Source of the DNA: a virus
Taxonomy: Duplodnaviria > Caudoviricetes
IMG/VR virus record: IMGVR_UViG_3300020048_000083
Span: 19,785-83,784 of that record
Length of the DNA stretch: 64,000 nt
Reading direction: 5' to 3' (one strand)
The notes under the pieces are model-generated. The model searched no databases, was not told the origin of the DNA, and worked only from the letters and a program-made list of their open reading frames with translations. Of the stretch, positions 31,901-42,004 are shown one piece after another. A program made the position numbers and the translations under genes. Numbering within the stretch: the first letter of the stretch is position 1; every line of letters begins with the position of its first letter.

Positions 31901-33343
31901 AACTTGGTTATACGGGTCTGCAACAGATATAAATTCTAACACCTGTAACCCAATTAAATCAATAAACTTTATAAGCTCTTGAGCCCCAGCGAATAAATTA
32001 TTTTCAGAAACAATATCGTTGCTTGAATTATAGGTAACAATTGGCTGCGTGTTGGCTGGTAATACTGGGTTAACATTAAATAATTCCGCTTCGATAGCCC
32101 ATATTTGTTGGTCGGTAAACACGCCGTCATAATATTCAACCAAATTATCGCGAATTGTGTCATATAAAACCGACCCATCATTTTGGTTTAAATGGTAAAA
32201 AATATAATTCCATATTGACGAATATAGATCGAAAGACGATTTTACCGCATTTGCGTCCGACGTATCAAGAATTTTAACCAACGAAGACGTTTCACCAGCA
32301 AGGTCTGACAACCCAGTGTAGTTACATACACTATAAGTTGCGTATAGAGTCAACGCTTTCGTGTAAGATAAGTCATAGGAATATGTCGGGAACGTTCTTA
32401 ATTTATTTTCTATATTCCAATTTAAAATCGTTTGATTTGTGTTGGTAGGTAGTAACGTACCATATATAGCATTATGAACACTATTGAATAACGCTTCGTA
32501 GCTACCAATACCATTTAGGGAATCAATACCGTATACGTTATTTACATCAGAATATACGCCAGTTGTTATGGACACCGAATCTTGAGCAAATTTAGACTTA
32601 GATTTAATAAATTTACGTGTGTCTACCACTAACGTGGGTATGCCTGCTCGCCCTATTATTTTTGGAAAATCGAACGGTATAAAGTAATCGGTATATTGAG
32701 TATTATTACATATAGGAAAGCTTACACTCTTCCACCCGTTAGCTGGATCGCCTTCAAAATTCACATATGATAAATCTGGTAGGGTAGGTAGATTATAATT
32801 CCTGTATTTCCATACTCCGCCAAGCCACCATATATAAGGGTCTGGAAGACTGTACACGCCAGCATTATTTTTGAATAGTATTGCGGGGTTTGGCTCAAAT
32901 GTTTCACCGTTTTGTTGTGGTTTATCGGTATCCAAAATAGGTGTCGGCGGATTTAACGGTAATGAGTGCAGAAAATAGTAGAAACTGGTGTCAACTACAC
33001 TGCTTACCGATTTTAAGTCGTTAAAAAGCCGAATCGAAAATTCGGGCGTGTTTAGTAGAGAAGCAAAATTAACTCGTTCTTTACTAAGCTCATACCCCAT
33101 AAAATAACCTTCAAGCGGTAATATATTTTCTTTTTTACCGCCCCATACATTAGTATTAGACCGAGTAAGGTCTTTGTTTGCTGGTTTTGATTCAATAGCA
33201 GGATAAAAAAATAAATTAGTTTCATTAAACATTTTCCAGCTGCCATCTTTAATAACACCCAATATACCATCATTATTATCTTTAGCTTCCTGTAGGTTAG
33301 CTGGATAATTTATTATCTTGTCTATTCTGTCCTGAAATTTCAT
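28901..33343 (-). CDS. Baseplate hub-like protein with C-terminal lysozyme-fold (GH73-like) domain, 1480 aa
   Basis: Hub-type segment FVVDFGEQHQQIF...SLGNMMIQPLMFFELTNIPLFYGTYWITNVKHTITP...TTFKGVRQ, Gly/Thr linker, then AILFAEAS...YNYAGVQ...REFAQF. Confidence 0.6.
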   Translation of the reverse strand: MKFQDRIDKIINYPANLQEAKDNNDGILGVIKDGSWKMFNETNLFFYPAIESKPANKDLTRSNTNVWGGKKENILPLEGYFMGYELSKERVNFASLLNTPEFSIRLFNDLKSVSSVVDTSFYYFLHSLPLNPPTPILDTDKPQQNGETFEPNPAILFKNNAGVYSLPDPYIWWLGGVWKYRNYNLPTLPDLSYVNFEGDPANGWKSVSFPICNNTQYTDYFIPFDFPKIIGRAGIPTLVVDTRKFIKSKSKFAQDSVSITTGVYSDVNNVYGIDSLNGIGSYEALFNSVHNAIYGTLLPTNTNQTILNWNIENKLRTFPTYSYDLSYTKALTLYATYSVCNYTGLSDLAGETSSLVKILDTSDANAVKSSFDLYSSIWNYIFYHLNQNDGSVLYDTIRDNLVEYYDGVFTDQQIWAIEAELFNVNPVLPANTQPIVTYNSSNDIVSENNLFAGAQELIKFIDLIGLQVLEFISVADPYNQVDLTNYYVKDDSFTCVMYPSAGGVAGLQYVLSSLSKSLVKGTADGFDIDKYISNNRDYSNEFTATIINIILNSSRYVWGSGPFVGDAPYNMDSVLKNEDFDVIGSKLLLNTLDRDFLYDKNIHTKKDGRVYILDPDRFTEDRVNSLLRYNDVIDYIGLGALDVFQGKYDETVDSKDRLTAAKNILLSLLVVDKSNFSELTVDGNKYSTDEQIQFLLTYNAWLTDGFVRGSGFIKAGSGKQAVNICKVMNASLTQAQTNKIKYVIQTLLNQRSLFNVGSVFDFGEANFVFETVTNMFDRALANNALSETDDAKFIKLALFGKQSLKTWAESTSDALVRDRYLKYYYRYSMSEDDVVDWANYFFQKIDVAPTLPTIQIAKDFMMLYFKQTSVLGRPDTEKDPSFGKMATIVRGWLTNSDKHITACLESVSRNLADGEKAIVEEQLKDFKEGSKDDINLMKQKTYYNIKALFDNWISVSSDKKRLQLQYSYTHFTSPNSIPEPSDSLISHFLFVDRANRDVGHNMLANIDWLKSYFENNYGYKGVNTDISLYTFLSELAKQHASLIHALPAFINFGVYQTGEGDNSARDLFGTFDYVDIAAANPKFLFQFIGNTNTVLNTPQNKTLRSASKSFSLLSSRGNTKSNISSNIGNGVNIPRDLMQDGATAMAFVVDFGEQHQQIFSNLQLDQSEYQNTEEWYKGITQYAKNRTQTQGGDLFSLFTERSYTAQVDSLGNMMIQPLMFFELTNIPLFYGTYWITNVKHTITPNDIKTTFKGVRQPMAVLPSQKDVLLQLSDSNISSLLGVAAINQSAGTTGTGTSVQSGAGTAGSGNNVIKTYYPELPLISPPPPPTLLPYKEAKRILLKNTNESIGKAVFAILFAEASKKNMSFSSAGGYNYAGVQTDAGRWTGGELFIGRFIRKDAVKLREFAQFASNETFLTFLFNRVKAKGFDGSDGQLWTERYLNNWVFKNLSQKDKAKYDKMFPQKLAIYNTAIRMWNNIKF

Positions 33344-35673
33344 ACTATTGGTCGTGTTATAAAGATATCCCCAGCTGGTTCAAGATAATTATTTGTAAAA
33401 GTTAATGCGGCGGTTGGTTGACCAGCCACAAGTGTTGTTGTGTTAAAACTTGTTAAGTCCAATGTAGATTCCCACGCACCTAAATACGGTAATTCTTGTA
33501 CGCCGAACTTATTTTTATCACCATCACCTTTGTATATATCCTTGAAATGGTCAAAATCAGCATTTCCAGCACTAAAAGTTTGAGCAGAAACATATGAATG
33601 AGCCGTTGTGACGAATTTTAAGTGATTGGCTATAGACGAGCCTTTATTTATATACTCTTTATCAAATGCATCGGCATTTTTACTGATATAATCAGCCATT
33701 TGCTTTGAATTTGATATTGAGATTAACTGGTTTTTTAACAAATTAAGCGTATTCCACCCATTTTCATTGGATTTAAGCTCCGCGTTCATTAATGCTACCA
33801 CGTTTTTAACCATAATATCGTAAATACCGCTTTGAAATAGGTCGCTCTCTTTCATATTTTTATACAACAACCCATTATGGAAAACGGAATCCAGAATTTG
33901 TTGAAATAACCTGTTTAATACGGTAACTGGATCAGTTTTACTTATGCTTAAATTACCCAATAAATCTGGTACGGTCAATGGTGTCAGTAAAAATATATTT
34001 GTTGCCGATTCAGCGCTACTAACCCACGATTCAGCCAGCGAATTATGTAATAATTCTGAGGCTTTATACATTTCGTCTATGAACTCAACCTCGCCCCACG
34101 ACATTTGTTCAGAATTACCACTACCTGGGTATGCTTTTACTAATCCGCCGTCATTTTTTGCTGGTTCATAGAATTCAGGCCAAGGCATACGGCGGTAATC
34201 TCCCACAGCTTTTTCAATAACTTCATATGTCGGCGCTGGGTCTTTTTTAGCGTTAGCGTCAGCTATTTTATTCAGTACTAACTCCGATTTCTCTTTAAGT
34301 AACTCCATAAAAGCGTCCATATGGATAACAACTGCTTTTACGATGTTTTTAACGCTCGGGTAAAAATGAAATTGTGCGATAAATTTATCCTTAAATGTTT
34401 TGGAATCCTCTTCCTGACGCGCTCTCTCGAATACAATAATATCAGTTCTAAATTTATTATATTCTTCGTCGGTCATAGGTATTATTTTTCCATCTTCCAC
34501 ATTTATGTAGGTGTCAGTCATTAAAGTAATATTAAAAACATCAGTACTTAACGTTGAGCTGACTAACTTCGTTATTACGTCCTTTTGCGCTTTAAAAAAA
34601 TTATTTGTACTGTCAACAAGTTGTTCCAGTAGTGCTGTTTGCGGATTTTCTTCACTTTTAGCTAAAGATTCGACACCAAATTTGAAAGCCGATAACTGTT
34701 CTAAAAATGATTGCACCGCCGACCCACGTAATTTCGTGTTGGTTAATAAATCATCGTTATATAATTTTGTTCCCATATCGCTCGACAACAGGAACATACG
34801 GTAAAGGGATAGTACTTGGTCTAACGGTCTAACCGACTCCGTTCCATCAGAATTTACATTAACATTAGCATACCCGAGGTCTTTCATTTCATTAATGTCG
34901 GCAATTCCCTGCGGGCTTTTATAATATTCTTGGTATTTTTGATTAACAATTTCTTTTCCGCGAAATGTTTCACCCTTTGGGTACATTTTATCCACCAGAA
35001 GCGCGTACAGTAATACCACGTCATTAAGCATAGCAAAGGTAAACGACTTGAAGTCGGCGCTTATGATATAACTACCAGTGGAAGGGTCGAAGCGTGTAAT
35101 AGCCTTCTCCATAACCAGCGGTAATTGAATAGCTTTGCCGAAATACCCTTTGACAGTAAGCTGAAATAGTGGATACGGAAATACGTAGAATACGTTATAC
35201 GGATTCGATAAATCATCACCGCGTTCCAGTAAGTTTTTTCCCCGAACGTCAATAAATTCAATGTGTATTTTTGGTACCAGTGACGCATTTATTTCAATTT
35301 CAATGTTACTAATACCGAAACCTTCTATATCCGCTGGTCTATTTGCATCATACATTTCAGTCCACGCCGTGGTGAAGTGCGTCATATCCGTGTCGCTCAT
35401 AAAATCACTCTTTAACGCTTCGGCAATGTTCTTAGCCGTAGAGTTATAGAATTTGCCAGAAGCTACATTTATCACTTTGGTTCCTTCGGATTCGTTATAC
35501 ACCTGTGTCTTGGAATTCATCTGAGCCTGTACGCTCACGTAAATCATAAGGTCTTCTGGTTTAACATAACGATACTCCGCGACACCGTTTTTTACAACAC
35601 CGTTCGGATCAACAATAATAATACCTTCCGTGCCGTCAACTTTTTCGGCATATATGTGCTCGTTATTCACCAT
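33340..35673 (-). CDS. Baseplate hub-related protein (N-terminal gp27/late-control-like), 777 aa
   Basis: FGISNIEIEINASLVPKIHIEFIDVRGK...PYPLFQLTVKGYFGK; follows the gp53/LysM-like gene; ATGA overlap with next gene. Confidence 0.55.
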   Translation of the reverse strand: MVNNEHIYAEKVDGTEGIIIVDPNGVVKNGVAEYRYVKPEDLMIYVSVQAQMNSKTQVYNESEGTKVINVASGKFYNSTAKNIAEALKSDFMSDTDMTHFTTAWTEMYDANRPADIEGFGISNIEIEINASLVPKIHIEFIDVRGKNLLERGDDLSNPYNVFYVFPYPLFQLTVKGYFGKAIQLPLVMEKAITRFDPSTGSYIISADFKSFTFAMLNDVVLLYALLVDKMYPKGETFRGKEIVNQKYQEYYKSPQGIADINEMKDLGYANVNVNSDGTESVRPLDQVLSLYRMFLLSSDMGTKLYNDDLLTNTKLRGSAVQSFLEQLSAFKFGVESLAKSEENPQTALLEQLVDSTNNFFKAQKDVITKLVSSTLSTDVFNITLMTDTYINVEDGKIIPMTDEEYNKFRTDIIVFERARQEEDSKTFKDKFIAQFHFYPSVKNIVKAVVIHMDAFMELLKEKSELVLNKIADANAKKDPAPTYEVIEKAVGDYRRMPWPEFYEPAKNDGGLVKAYPGSGNSEQMSWGEVEFIDEMYKASELLHNSLAESWVSSAESATNIFLLTPLTVPDLLGNLSISKTDPVTVLNRLFQQILDSVFHNGLLYKNMKESDLFQSGIYDIMVKNVVALMNAELKSNENGWNTLNLLKNQLISISNSKQMADYISKNADAFDKEYINKGSSIANHLKFVTTAHSYVSAQTFSAGNADFDHFKDIYKGDGDKNKFGVQELPYLGAWESTLDLTSFNTTTLVAGQPTAALTFTNNYLEPAGDIFITRPIV

Positions 35674-35980
35674 AAAGTTTCTTGTGTGTATTCAATGCGT
35701 CGTTATAATCCTTTTTGCTCTGGCTCAGCGGATACGGCACACGAAGAATGGAATTATCAATTATTTCGTTTTCAATACGAAACTCTGGGTTTGCCAGAAG
35801 TATAATCCACCCGTGGTACGGATCGCCGTAAAACGATAGGCTCATTTTATCCAAACGGCTTTTACCTATCGTATACACTGGGTATTTGTCGGTAGGTTTA
35901 ATTGGTACCTCTACAAATGGTACCGTTCGCGGAACTTCATTTTCCACGAAATTAGCATATCTGTTTGTGTATGTCGCCAT
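35663..35980 (-). CDS. Baseplate protein, gp53/tail-X LysM-like, 105 aa
   Basis: SRLDKMSLSFYGDPYHGWIILLANP...ILRVP; TATTTATA box at 35989-35996. Confidence 0.8.
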   Translation of the reverse strand: MATYTNRYANFVENEVPRTVPFVEVPIKPTDKYPVYTIGKSRLDKMSLSFYGDPYHGWIILLANPEFRIENEIIDNSILRVPYPLSQSKKDYNDALNTHKKLYGE

Positions 35981-36030
35981 ATCCGTAATATAAATATTTT
36001 ACGCTGAAATTCAAGCGTTGTTTATTGATT

Positions 36031-39000
36031 TTATAGCAACGTGGTATCAACGTTGGGTTCTGGTTGCGTATTATTAATATCCTTAGGGTTCGCGCTTTTG
36101 AACTTCAAGTACTCTTTGAAGGCTTTTCGACCGTGAACATTAGCTCTACTTTCCGAAACTTCAAACATTTTCATCTTGTAGCTACCTTTGGATTTAATCG
36201 CAGACATAACTGGCGTAATTACGTCTGACGCAACATTCGATAGACTTTGTTTTAGATCAGACATTAAAGCATCTGTAATAGCCGTAATATTAGTGTCCGC
36301 CGTAGCAAACTTAACAGCCCTGAGGTGAGTAATAAATTTATCAATCTGACCCAGTTCCTGAAGCGCTTTAGTTGAATCTATCGCAGCCATCATAGTAGGC
36401 GTTAGTTCGTCAATCCACTCTTTACTTATGAATTTAGTAATGAAGCCATAGAAAATAATATCTTCCAGCTTAACCCTATAATTTTGTAATGTACGAACAG
36501 CACTGGTAACTTTGTCATTATTACCAGTGTATTTTATCGCATTATATTCATAGCTTCTTACCCCGCCAGTATTAGTTGTCGGAACACCTACAACAGCAAT
36601 CCAGTTTTTTATACTATCGGTATATACCCAGTTTATTAAGTCTTTTTTCTTAGTTTCAGAAGTAAACTTTTTCAGTTCCGCGCTCAATATATCGTCGTTT
36701 ATTAAAGCTTGGCTTATTTGACCGAAATATAAACGTTCAAAATTTAACTTTTCAAAAACCGTTTTACAGGATACGTTTGTAACAGCTACCCCGCCGACCT
36801 TCCAATCGCCAGTTGTAAAGTCATAGCAAAGTTTATTATGATCAAACCAGATAGTATTTTCAGCACAGGACATTTGGTTATACAGATAATTGAATAACCC
36901 TCTCTGAAAATCATCAGGAAGATTATATATATCTGTATATGATAATACGTTGATCGGTGTTTTAGGGTATTGGTTTAAGCAATCGCTAACCGTAAAATTA
37001 AAGAAATCAGTTAGATTAAACTCATTAGCCGTAGTTCCAGTGTAGTTAGGTACAACTTCCAGATAACGCAAATTAGCCCCGTCCTTTGTTGTTCCGCCGT
37101 CAATACCATTACATATACTATTTGTTGCCAAAACATTATAATACAGATCGGTAAATTGCTTGCGTAATTCACCAGACATACTAAGTTTAGATATTATTAA
37201 TTCGTTATAATAATCAACGAATTTATTTAGCGCAAAATTTCTGAATGCTTCCAGAATAGCTGGTGACATTTTGTATAGCTCATCACGAAGCGGTGAGTTT
37301 TCTTCAAATAAATACCATTCTTCACACTGTAAGTATTTAACAAACATACTATGGTATTGAGCCATAGATCGTTGAACATAATCCAAATCTACATACTTTG
37401 GAACTGAAATACCAGCAAAATCCTGTAAATTGTATTCAACTGGATCAACAATACGATCATCGAACTGCGGATAAAGATGTAGCTTCGGTGTTATAGCTGG
37501 TGAGTTTGATTTATTAAACGAATCATACCCAATTGTAAAATAGTTCATACTTTTAGTAGTATCACTTTTAAGGTTCGGGTATTCTGTATGGTCAAACTGG
37601 GTGCCGTCCTTTTTGTTACCAAAATCCATACGCGTAGTATCTTTAACCACTGGCGTTGAAAATGCCCCATATTCCAAAGCAAAGAAATCATACGGAGTAT
37701 CTAAAACATCAAATATAGAGTTAAAGTATGACCCAACATAAGTGTTAAACGAATGATATAACTCTTTGAATAAGTCCGTATAATCAACTTCGTAGTATTG
37801 AACAATATCCAACCCTTCCTGTATTTTATGAGCGGCATTGAAGTCTGGATTTGAAATTGATATCGAATCGTACTTCTTAGGGTCTTCAATTTTACCCAGC
37901 TGGTCAAAATTGGTGATTTCCTCAGGATTTATTTGCAGTAATGCCTCAAAATTAAGATCAGCAATATCAAGAATATCACTATCATACGCCAGCTCTAAGT
38001 TTTCCAGATACCTTTCGTCAATATCGGTCTGCCCGAACGACCTACTTTCGTAAATGTCGGCGTTTGCATAGTAGTTGTAAGAAAGTGCGTTCTGTAACTG
38101 GGCTACTGGTTCTCTTAAACCAGCTCCACCTACATATTTAACCGTCATATCTATTTGTGCGATCATTGGTTGAACACCTATTCCCTCAGGATTCAAGTCA
38201 TACGTTATTGAACCACCAACAACAGAATAATTAATACTTAAATTCTCAATAATCATTCTGGTATTGAAGAAATCACCTATTCTTAGGATACAAACAGGCG
38301 GCTTGCCGAATGCTGTATTAACAATATCATAGCTATCGGTTCCAACGGTCTTAATTGTATCTCCAGGTCGTACACACTGCTGCAAAAAGGTTAACCTACT
38401 GTTTAAACCTTCTGGCGTCATAGAGTGGAACGCTGGCGAGAAGTATTTAAGCTTTTCTTTCAACGTATCAAACACGACTGGCGAATTTTCCCGTAAAAAC
38501 TCGAAATATTCGTTTTCACCGATCAATTTGTTTAATATACGGGTTGCAACGTCACGCTTGTTTATTACATTATAGCGTTCAACCGTTTTACCTTGGTATT
38601 CGGCAGCTTGCGGGTCTTCCGTAGCTGTTACTTCGGTTTTTGTAGTAGTTTTTGTCTGGTCAAACAGTTCTGTGTCAACGTTAAGAGTTACCCGCCTTGC
38701 GTAGGAAGCAGGATAGCTCAAAATAGCGTAATACCTGTCGTCCCATTTATCACTTGTAAACTGGGCTTCTGTATAACCCAATTTCTCTTGTATCGCCGAA
38801 CCGTCGTTGTATATAATTGGCGTTGTTCCGAACGTAAATCCTACGTCGGAAAACATATCAGCAACACTTTTCTCACCAATTCTTTCCGTAAAGTTAGCTT
38901 TAAAGATAACCGCTGGTATTTGGCTTTCTCTTGTTAATGTAATAGTGAAATCCGTAGTATTATCTTCGGTGTCAATCTGAGTTACACCTAACTGGCTTGC

Positions 39001-42000
39001 ATACCAATTAGCCACAGATAAAGCTCTTCTCTTGGCAAGTTTCTTGTTATATTCTTTGTCGGCTATACTACTTGCAGAAGCATCAAAATTAATATTAACC
39101 GTGGCGTCTGGGTGATTTGTAATATAGTTCCTGATCAGAGTAGCGCTTTTGTCAATATTATCCCACTCTGTATTGATGTTCACACTTTCTTTGCCTTCTC
39201 CCTTCGGAGTTGTAACAAAGTATTGTGCAAACTCTTCATTACTAAACCCTATTGTATTAAAATAATCGTATTTATTTTCCTGAAGTGCGCCAAATGATAG
39301 CCAACTTGAATACTCAATAAATATAGCCTCATATGATCGTGTATCGTCTGCTCTCGGGACGTCATTAGGGAAGAAGAATCTAAGCTTTGATAAATCAGCT
39401 TTGAGCTGTTCATCGTCCTGACCCTTAGGAATTGTTTTAGTGTCCGTAGAAACCTTGTAATTATAAGACCTCTTTTTTTCGTTGGTCATATTAGCTGGGT
39501 AAGGGTATTGCCCATTAATAACATCCTTAAAGAATGAAATATCAGCGTTTGAGAACATACCCCAGATACGAGCTAATTCGAATATATCATACTCCACACA
39601 GCCAGCAAAGAATGCCGCCAGTATATCGTCAACCTCTTCGTCTGACATGCTAGCCAGTTCTTTCTGAACAAGCACGTTTAATACGGTAGGGTGATCCACA
39701 ATAACCTTCCAGCTGATCGTGCCAGATCGTTCTGTGTTGTTGTAGGTATAAATCGGCTCAGGACGACCCAAAAAGTCGTGCTTAGTCCAGTTAGCCGTGG
39801 ACGATTCATTGAAGGTTAATCCGTATGGCGGGAACCACATTACACGACCGCCGTTTGAGCCCTGCTCGTATGTAGGTAGGTCGTTGTATTTGTCCGAGTC
39901 TTTCCACGCAAGGTTCTCAATTGAAAACATATACTTGCGGGCTCTGGTCTTATCAAAATTTTTGTCGGCAAACCTATCGCGAATACCATCCTGCCCAAGC
40001 ATATTCTGGTCATAGATAGTACCAACGTTTAATTTTGTAGGGTAAATGTTATAGTTTGCGTTTCGGTCTATAACCGAGTTTCGCTCACGGCGAATAAGCT
40101 CACCATAGCGCACCAAGTGATTAACCTTTGCATAAGGTTTCAATTTTGTCCACGTGCGGCAAAAGCCGTTTTCCCACGGGTCTTGAACAACATACTTGTT
40201 TCTGTTGTTTACAAGCGATACATCAACCTTTTTGATCGCAGCTCCCTTTGAATATACCATTTTTCCATCACGGAATTTGGTTTTCAAACTACGTATAGGT
40301 GAATCAATACCACCAACATACAGTAATTTCTGTGTAATATCCATCAAAGAACCTGGTCGGAAATTAAACCCTGTTGAAAACTCTTCGTCGCGTGACGTAA
40401 AATCACCAAAATCACTACTCTCTATTCCTTCGGCATCCGATTCGTTATTAGCCCATACAAGGTCAACGGTATTTTTTTCATACCCGTCATAATCATCGTA
40501 GCCTTTGTTGAACGCTGAAGCTAGTGCGTTGTTGTTGATAATACTAATACCGTCCCGAGCCTGTAAAATATCGATCGGCGGTCTTTCTTCTGCGCCAAGG
40601 TAATAATTACCCTTAGGTTTCTTCTGGAAGCCAATAAGTTCGGCTGATGTGTCAAACTTAGGGCTGTATTTGTTCATTAATAAGTTTTCATACAAAGACC
40701 ACCTTTGACCACCACCAGTTTTTTTCAGTAGGGCATCATCATCCTTAGTGTTTTTGTTGGTAGCTTTCGCTGTGCCGTCTTTAGTATTTTGCGGAGAGTT
40801 GCTACCTGTTGGGTCTAACTCTTTCATTGCGTCCAAACCTTCATTTGAAGCTAAGAAATTAGGTGTTAAATCCTTACCGCCCAAATCAACACTTTCCCAT
40901 AGATCAAAAGGTGAAATAACCCCTTCCAACCCCAATAAAAACTGAGCTGCTTTGCCGACAAAGTTACGCGGGGTCGTAATGGTATAATTTTTCTCAATCA
41001 GATTGTTAAGCGGGTCTTTTGCTATCTTAATAAGTTCCAGTGGGTCTACCGACACAGGGAAATCACTATTATAGTTTTTATTGACCAGATTAAGCCTTCC
41101 TATGGTTTGCGAGTATAAATTTTGCTCAAATCGGGCTTGTAAGTTATAATTTAACATATACGCCCCGATATTCATCAGCGCCGTATCATTTTCCAGTAAG
41201 GTTGTATTCTTTTCCAACAAGTCGCTCATCGACGTCTTGTTATTCAGGTTGTAAAAGCTAAAATAACTGTAATCAATCGGTGTTTTACTTTTTAGGCTAT
41301 TTGTGTATTCGTCAACATATGTTGTCCTTTTGTATACTTCATTCAAAATATTCTCACGAATATTAGCTGGTTGGTATTCATCTGGTATGTATCTGTTTAT
41401 TTTTAAGTCTAAAGCACGGGCAGCCTGATTAACTTTGTTTGTTGTGGAGCTAATCGACTGAACGTTGGGAACAATAAAGTTATTAATCTGGGCTGGGCTA
41501 CCCAAAGTTTGTAATAACGAAGTATAGTTATACGCTTCGCCGATTACCTCATTATTTGATTCGGATGGGTCGGTAAGATCGCGTGGCTTGTTTCGGCTCA
41601 AATTAGCCTCTCTGGTGACCATAGCGGCATTATCTATGGTTCCAGCGTCTACTACTACCGATCGCCAGTTAATGTTTGCATCGGTGCCTATAGAGCCCAT
41701 ATTACGCATTGTTTCGGATTGGTTAGCCGAAAGGTCAATAATAGCCGCTTCGATATCGGAAGGTGTCTGAAGATTTCTCTTAAACAGGAATTTACGAATA
41801 TCTGTCGCAATATCTAATACGTTGCCAGCGTCTGTCACTGGTGAACTATGAATTGTTGCGTCTGTTCCGCGGGAATCTTTGTACGCAGAATACGACAGCG
41901 ACCCGCCTAAATCGGTTAATCCAACTACAACGTCAGGCGGAGTCTGTAGATTAATCCGCAGTAAGTCTTCCCTGAATTGTTCCGAAAATGTTTTTAATCC

Positions 42001-42003
42001 CAT
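36031..42003 (-). CDS. Giant tail-tube initiator (gp48/gp54-like) with inserted OmpA-like domain, 1990 aa
   Basis: FLGRPEPIYTYNNTERSGTISWKV and FGKPPVCILRIGDFFNTRMIIENLSINY tube-fold segments flank FFFPND...ASASSIADKEYNKKLAKRRALSVANW; directly after tape measure. Confidence 0.6.
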   Translation of the reverse strand: MGLKTFSEQFREDLLRINLQTPPDVVVGLTDLGGSLSYSAYKDSRGTDATIHSSPVTDAGNVLDIATDIRKFLFKRNLQTPSDIEAAIIDLSANQSETMRNMGSIGTDANINWRSVVVDAGTIDNAAMVTREANLSRNKPRDLTDPSESNNEVIGEAYNYTSLLQTLGSPAQINNFIVPNVQSISSTTNKVNQAARALDLKINRYIPDEYQPANIRENILNEVYKRTTYVDEYTNSLKSKTPIDYSYFSFYNLNNKTSMSDLLEKNTTLLENDTALMNIGAYMLNYNLQARFEQNLYSQTIGRLNLVNKNYNSDFPVSVDPLELIKIAKDPLNNLIEKNYTITTPRNFVGKAAQFLLGLEGVISPFDLWESVDLGGKDLTPNFLASNEGLDAMKELDPTGSNSPQNTKDGTAKATNKNTKDDDALLKKTGGGQRWSLYENLLMNKYSPKFDTSAELIGFQKKPKGNYYLGAEERPPIDILQARDGISIINNNALASAFNKGYDDYDGYEKNTVDLVWANNESDAEGIESSDFGDFTSRDEEFSTGFNFRPGSLMDITQKLLYVGGIDSPIRSLKTKFRDGKMVYSKGAAIKKVDVSLVNNRNKYVVQDPWENGFCRTWTKLKPYAKVNHLVRYGELIRRERNSVIDRNANYNIYPTKLNVGTIYDQNMLGQDGIRDRFADKNFDKTRARKYMFSIENLAWKDSDKYNDLPTYEQGSNGGRVMWFPPYGLTFNESSTANWTKHDFLGRPEPIYTYNNTERSGTISWKVIVDHPTVLNVLVQKELASMSDEEVDDILAAFFAGCVEYDIFELARIWGMFSNADISFFKDVINGQYPYPANMTNEKKRSYNYKVSTDTKTIPKGQDDEQLKADLSKLRFFFPNDVPRADDTRSYEAIFIEYSSWLSFGALQENKYDYFNTIGFSNEEFAQYFVTTPKGEGKESVNINTEWDNIDKSATLIRNYITNHPDATVNINFDASASSIADKEYNKKLAKRRALSVANWYASQLGVTQIDTEDNTTDFTITLTRESQIPAVIFKANFTERIGEKSVADMFSDVGFTFGTTPIIYNDGSAIQEKLGYTEAQFTSDKWDDRYYAILSYPASYARRVTLNVDTELFDQTKTTTKTEVTATEDPQAAEYQGKTVERYNVINKRDVATRILNKLIGENEYFEFLRENSPVVFDTLKEKLKYFSPAFHSMTPEGLNSRLTFLQQCVRPGDTIKTVGTDSYDIVNTAFGKPPVCILRIGDFFNTRMIIENLSINYSVVGGSITYDLNPEGIGVQPMIAQIDMTVKYVGGAGLREPVAQLQNALSYNYYANADIYESRSFGQTDIDERYLENLELAYDSDILDIADLNFEALLQINPEEITNFDQLGKIEDPKKYDSISISNPDFNAAHKIQEGLDIVQYYEVDYTDLFKELYHSFNTYVGSYFNSIFDVLDTPYDFFALEYGAFSTPVVKDTTRMDFGNKKDGTQFDHTEYPNLKSDTTKSMNYFTIGYDSFNKSNSPAITPKLHLYPQFDDRIVDPVEYNLQDFAGISVPKYVDLDYVQRSMAQYHSMFVKYLQCEEWYLFEENSPLRDELYKMSPAILEAFRNFALNKFVDYYNELIISKLSMSGELRKQFTDLYYNVLATNSICNGIDGGTTKDGANLRYLEVVPNYTGTTANEFNLTDFFNFTVSDCLNQYPKTPINVLSYTDIYNLPDDFQRGLFNYLYNQMSCAENTIWFDHNKLCYDFTTGDWKVGGVAVTNVSCKTVFEKLNFERLYFGQISQALINDDILSAELKKFTSETKKKDLINWVYTDSIKNWIAVVGVPTTNTGGVRSYEYNAIKYTGNNDKVTSAVRTLQNYRVKLEDIIFYGFITKFISKEWIDELTPTMMAAIDSTKALQELGQIDKFITHLRAVKFATADTNITAITDALMSDLKQSLSNVASDVITPVMSAIKSKGSYKMKMFEVSESRANVHGRKAFKEYLKFKSANPKDINNTQPEPNVDTTLL

Positions 42004-42004
42004 T

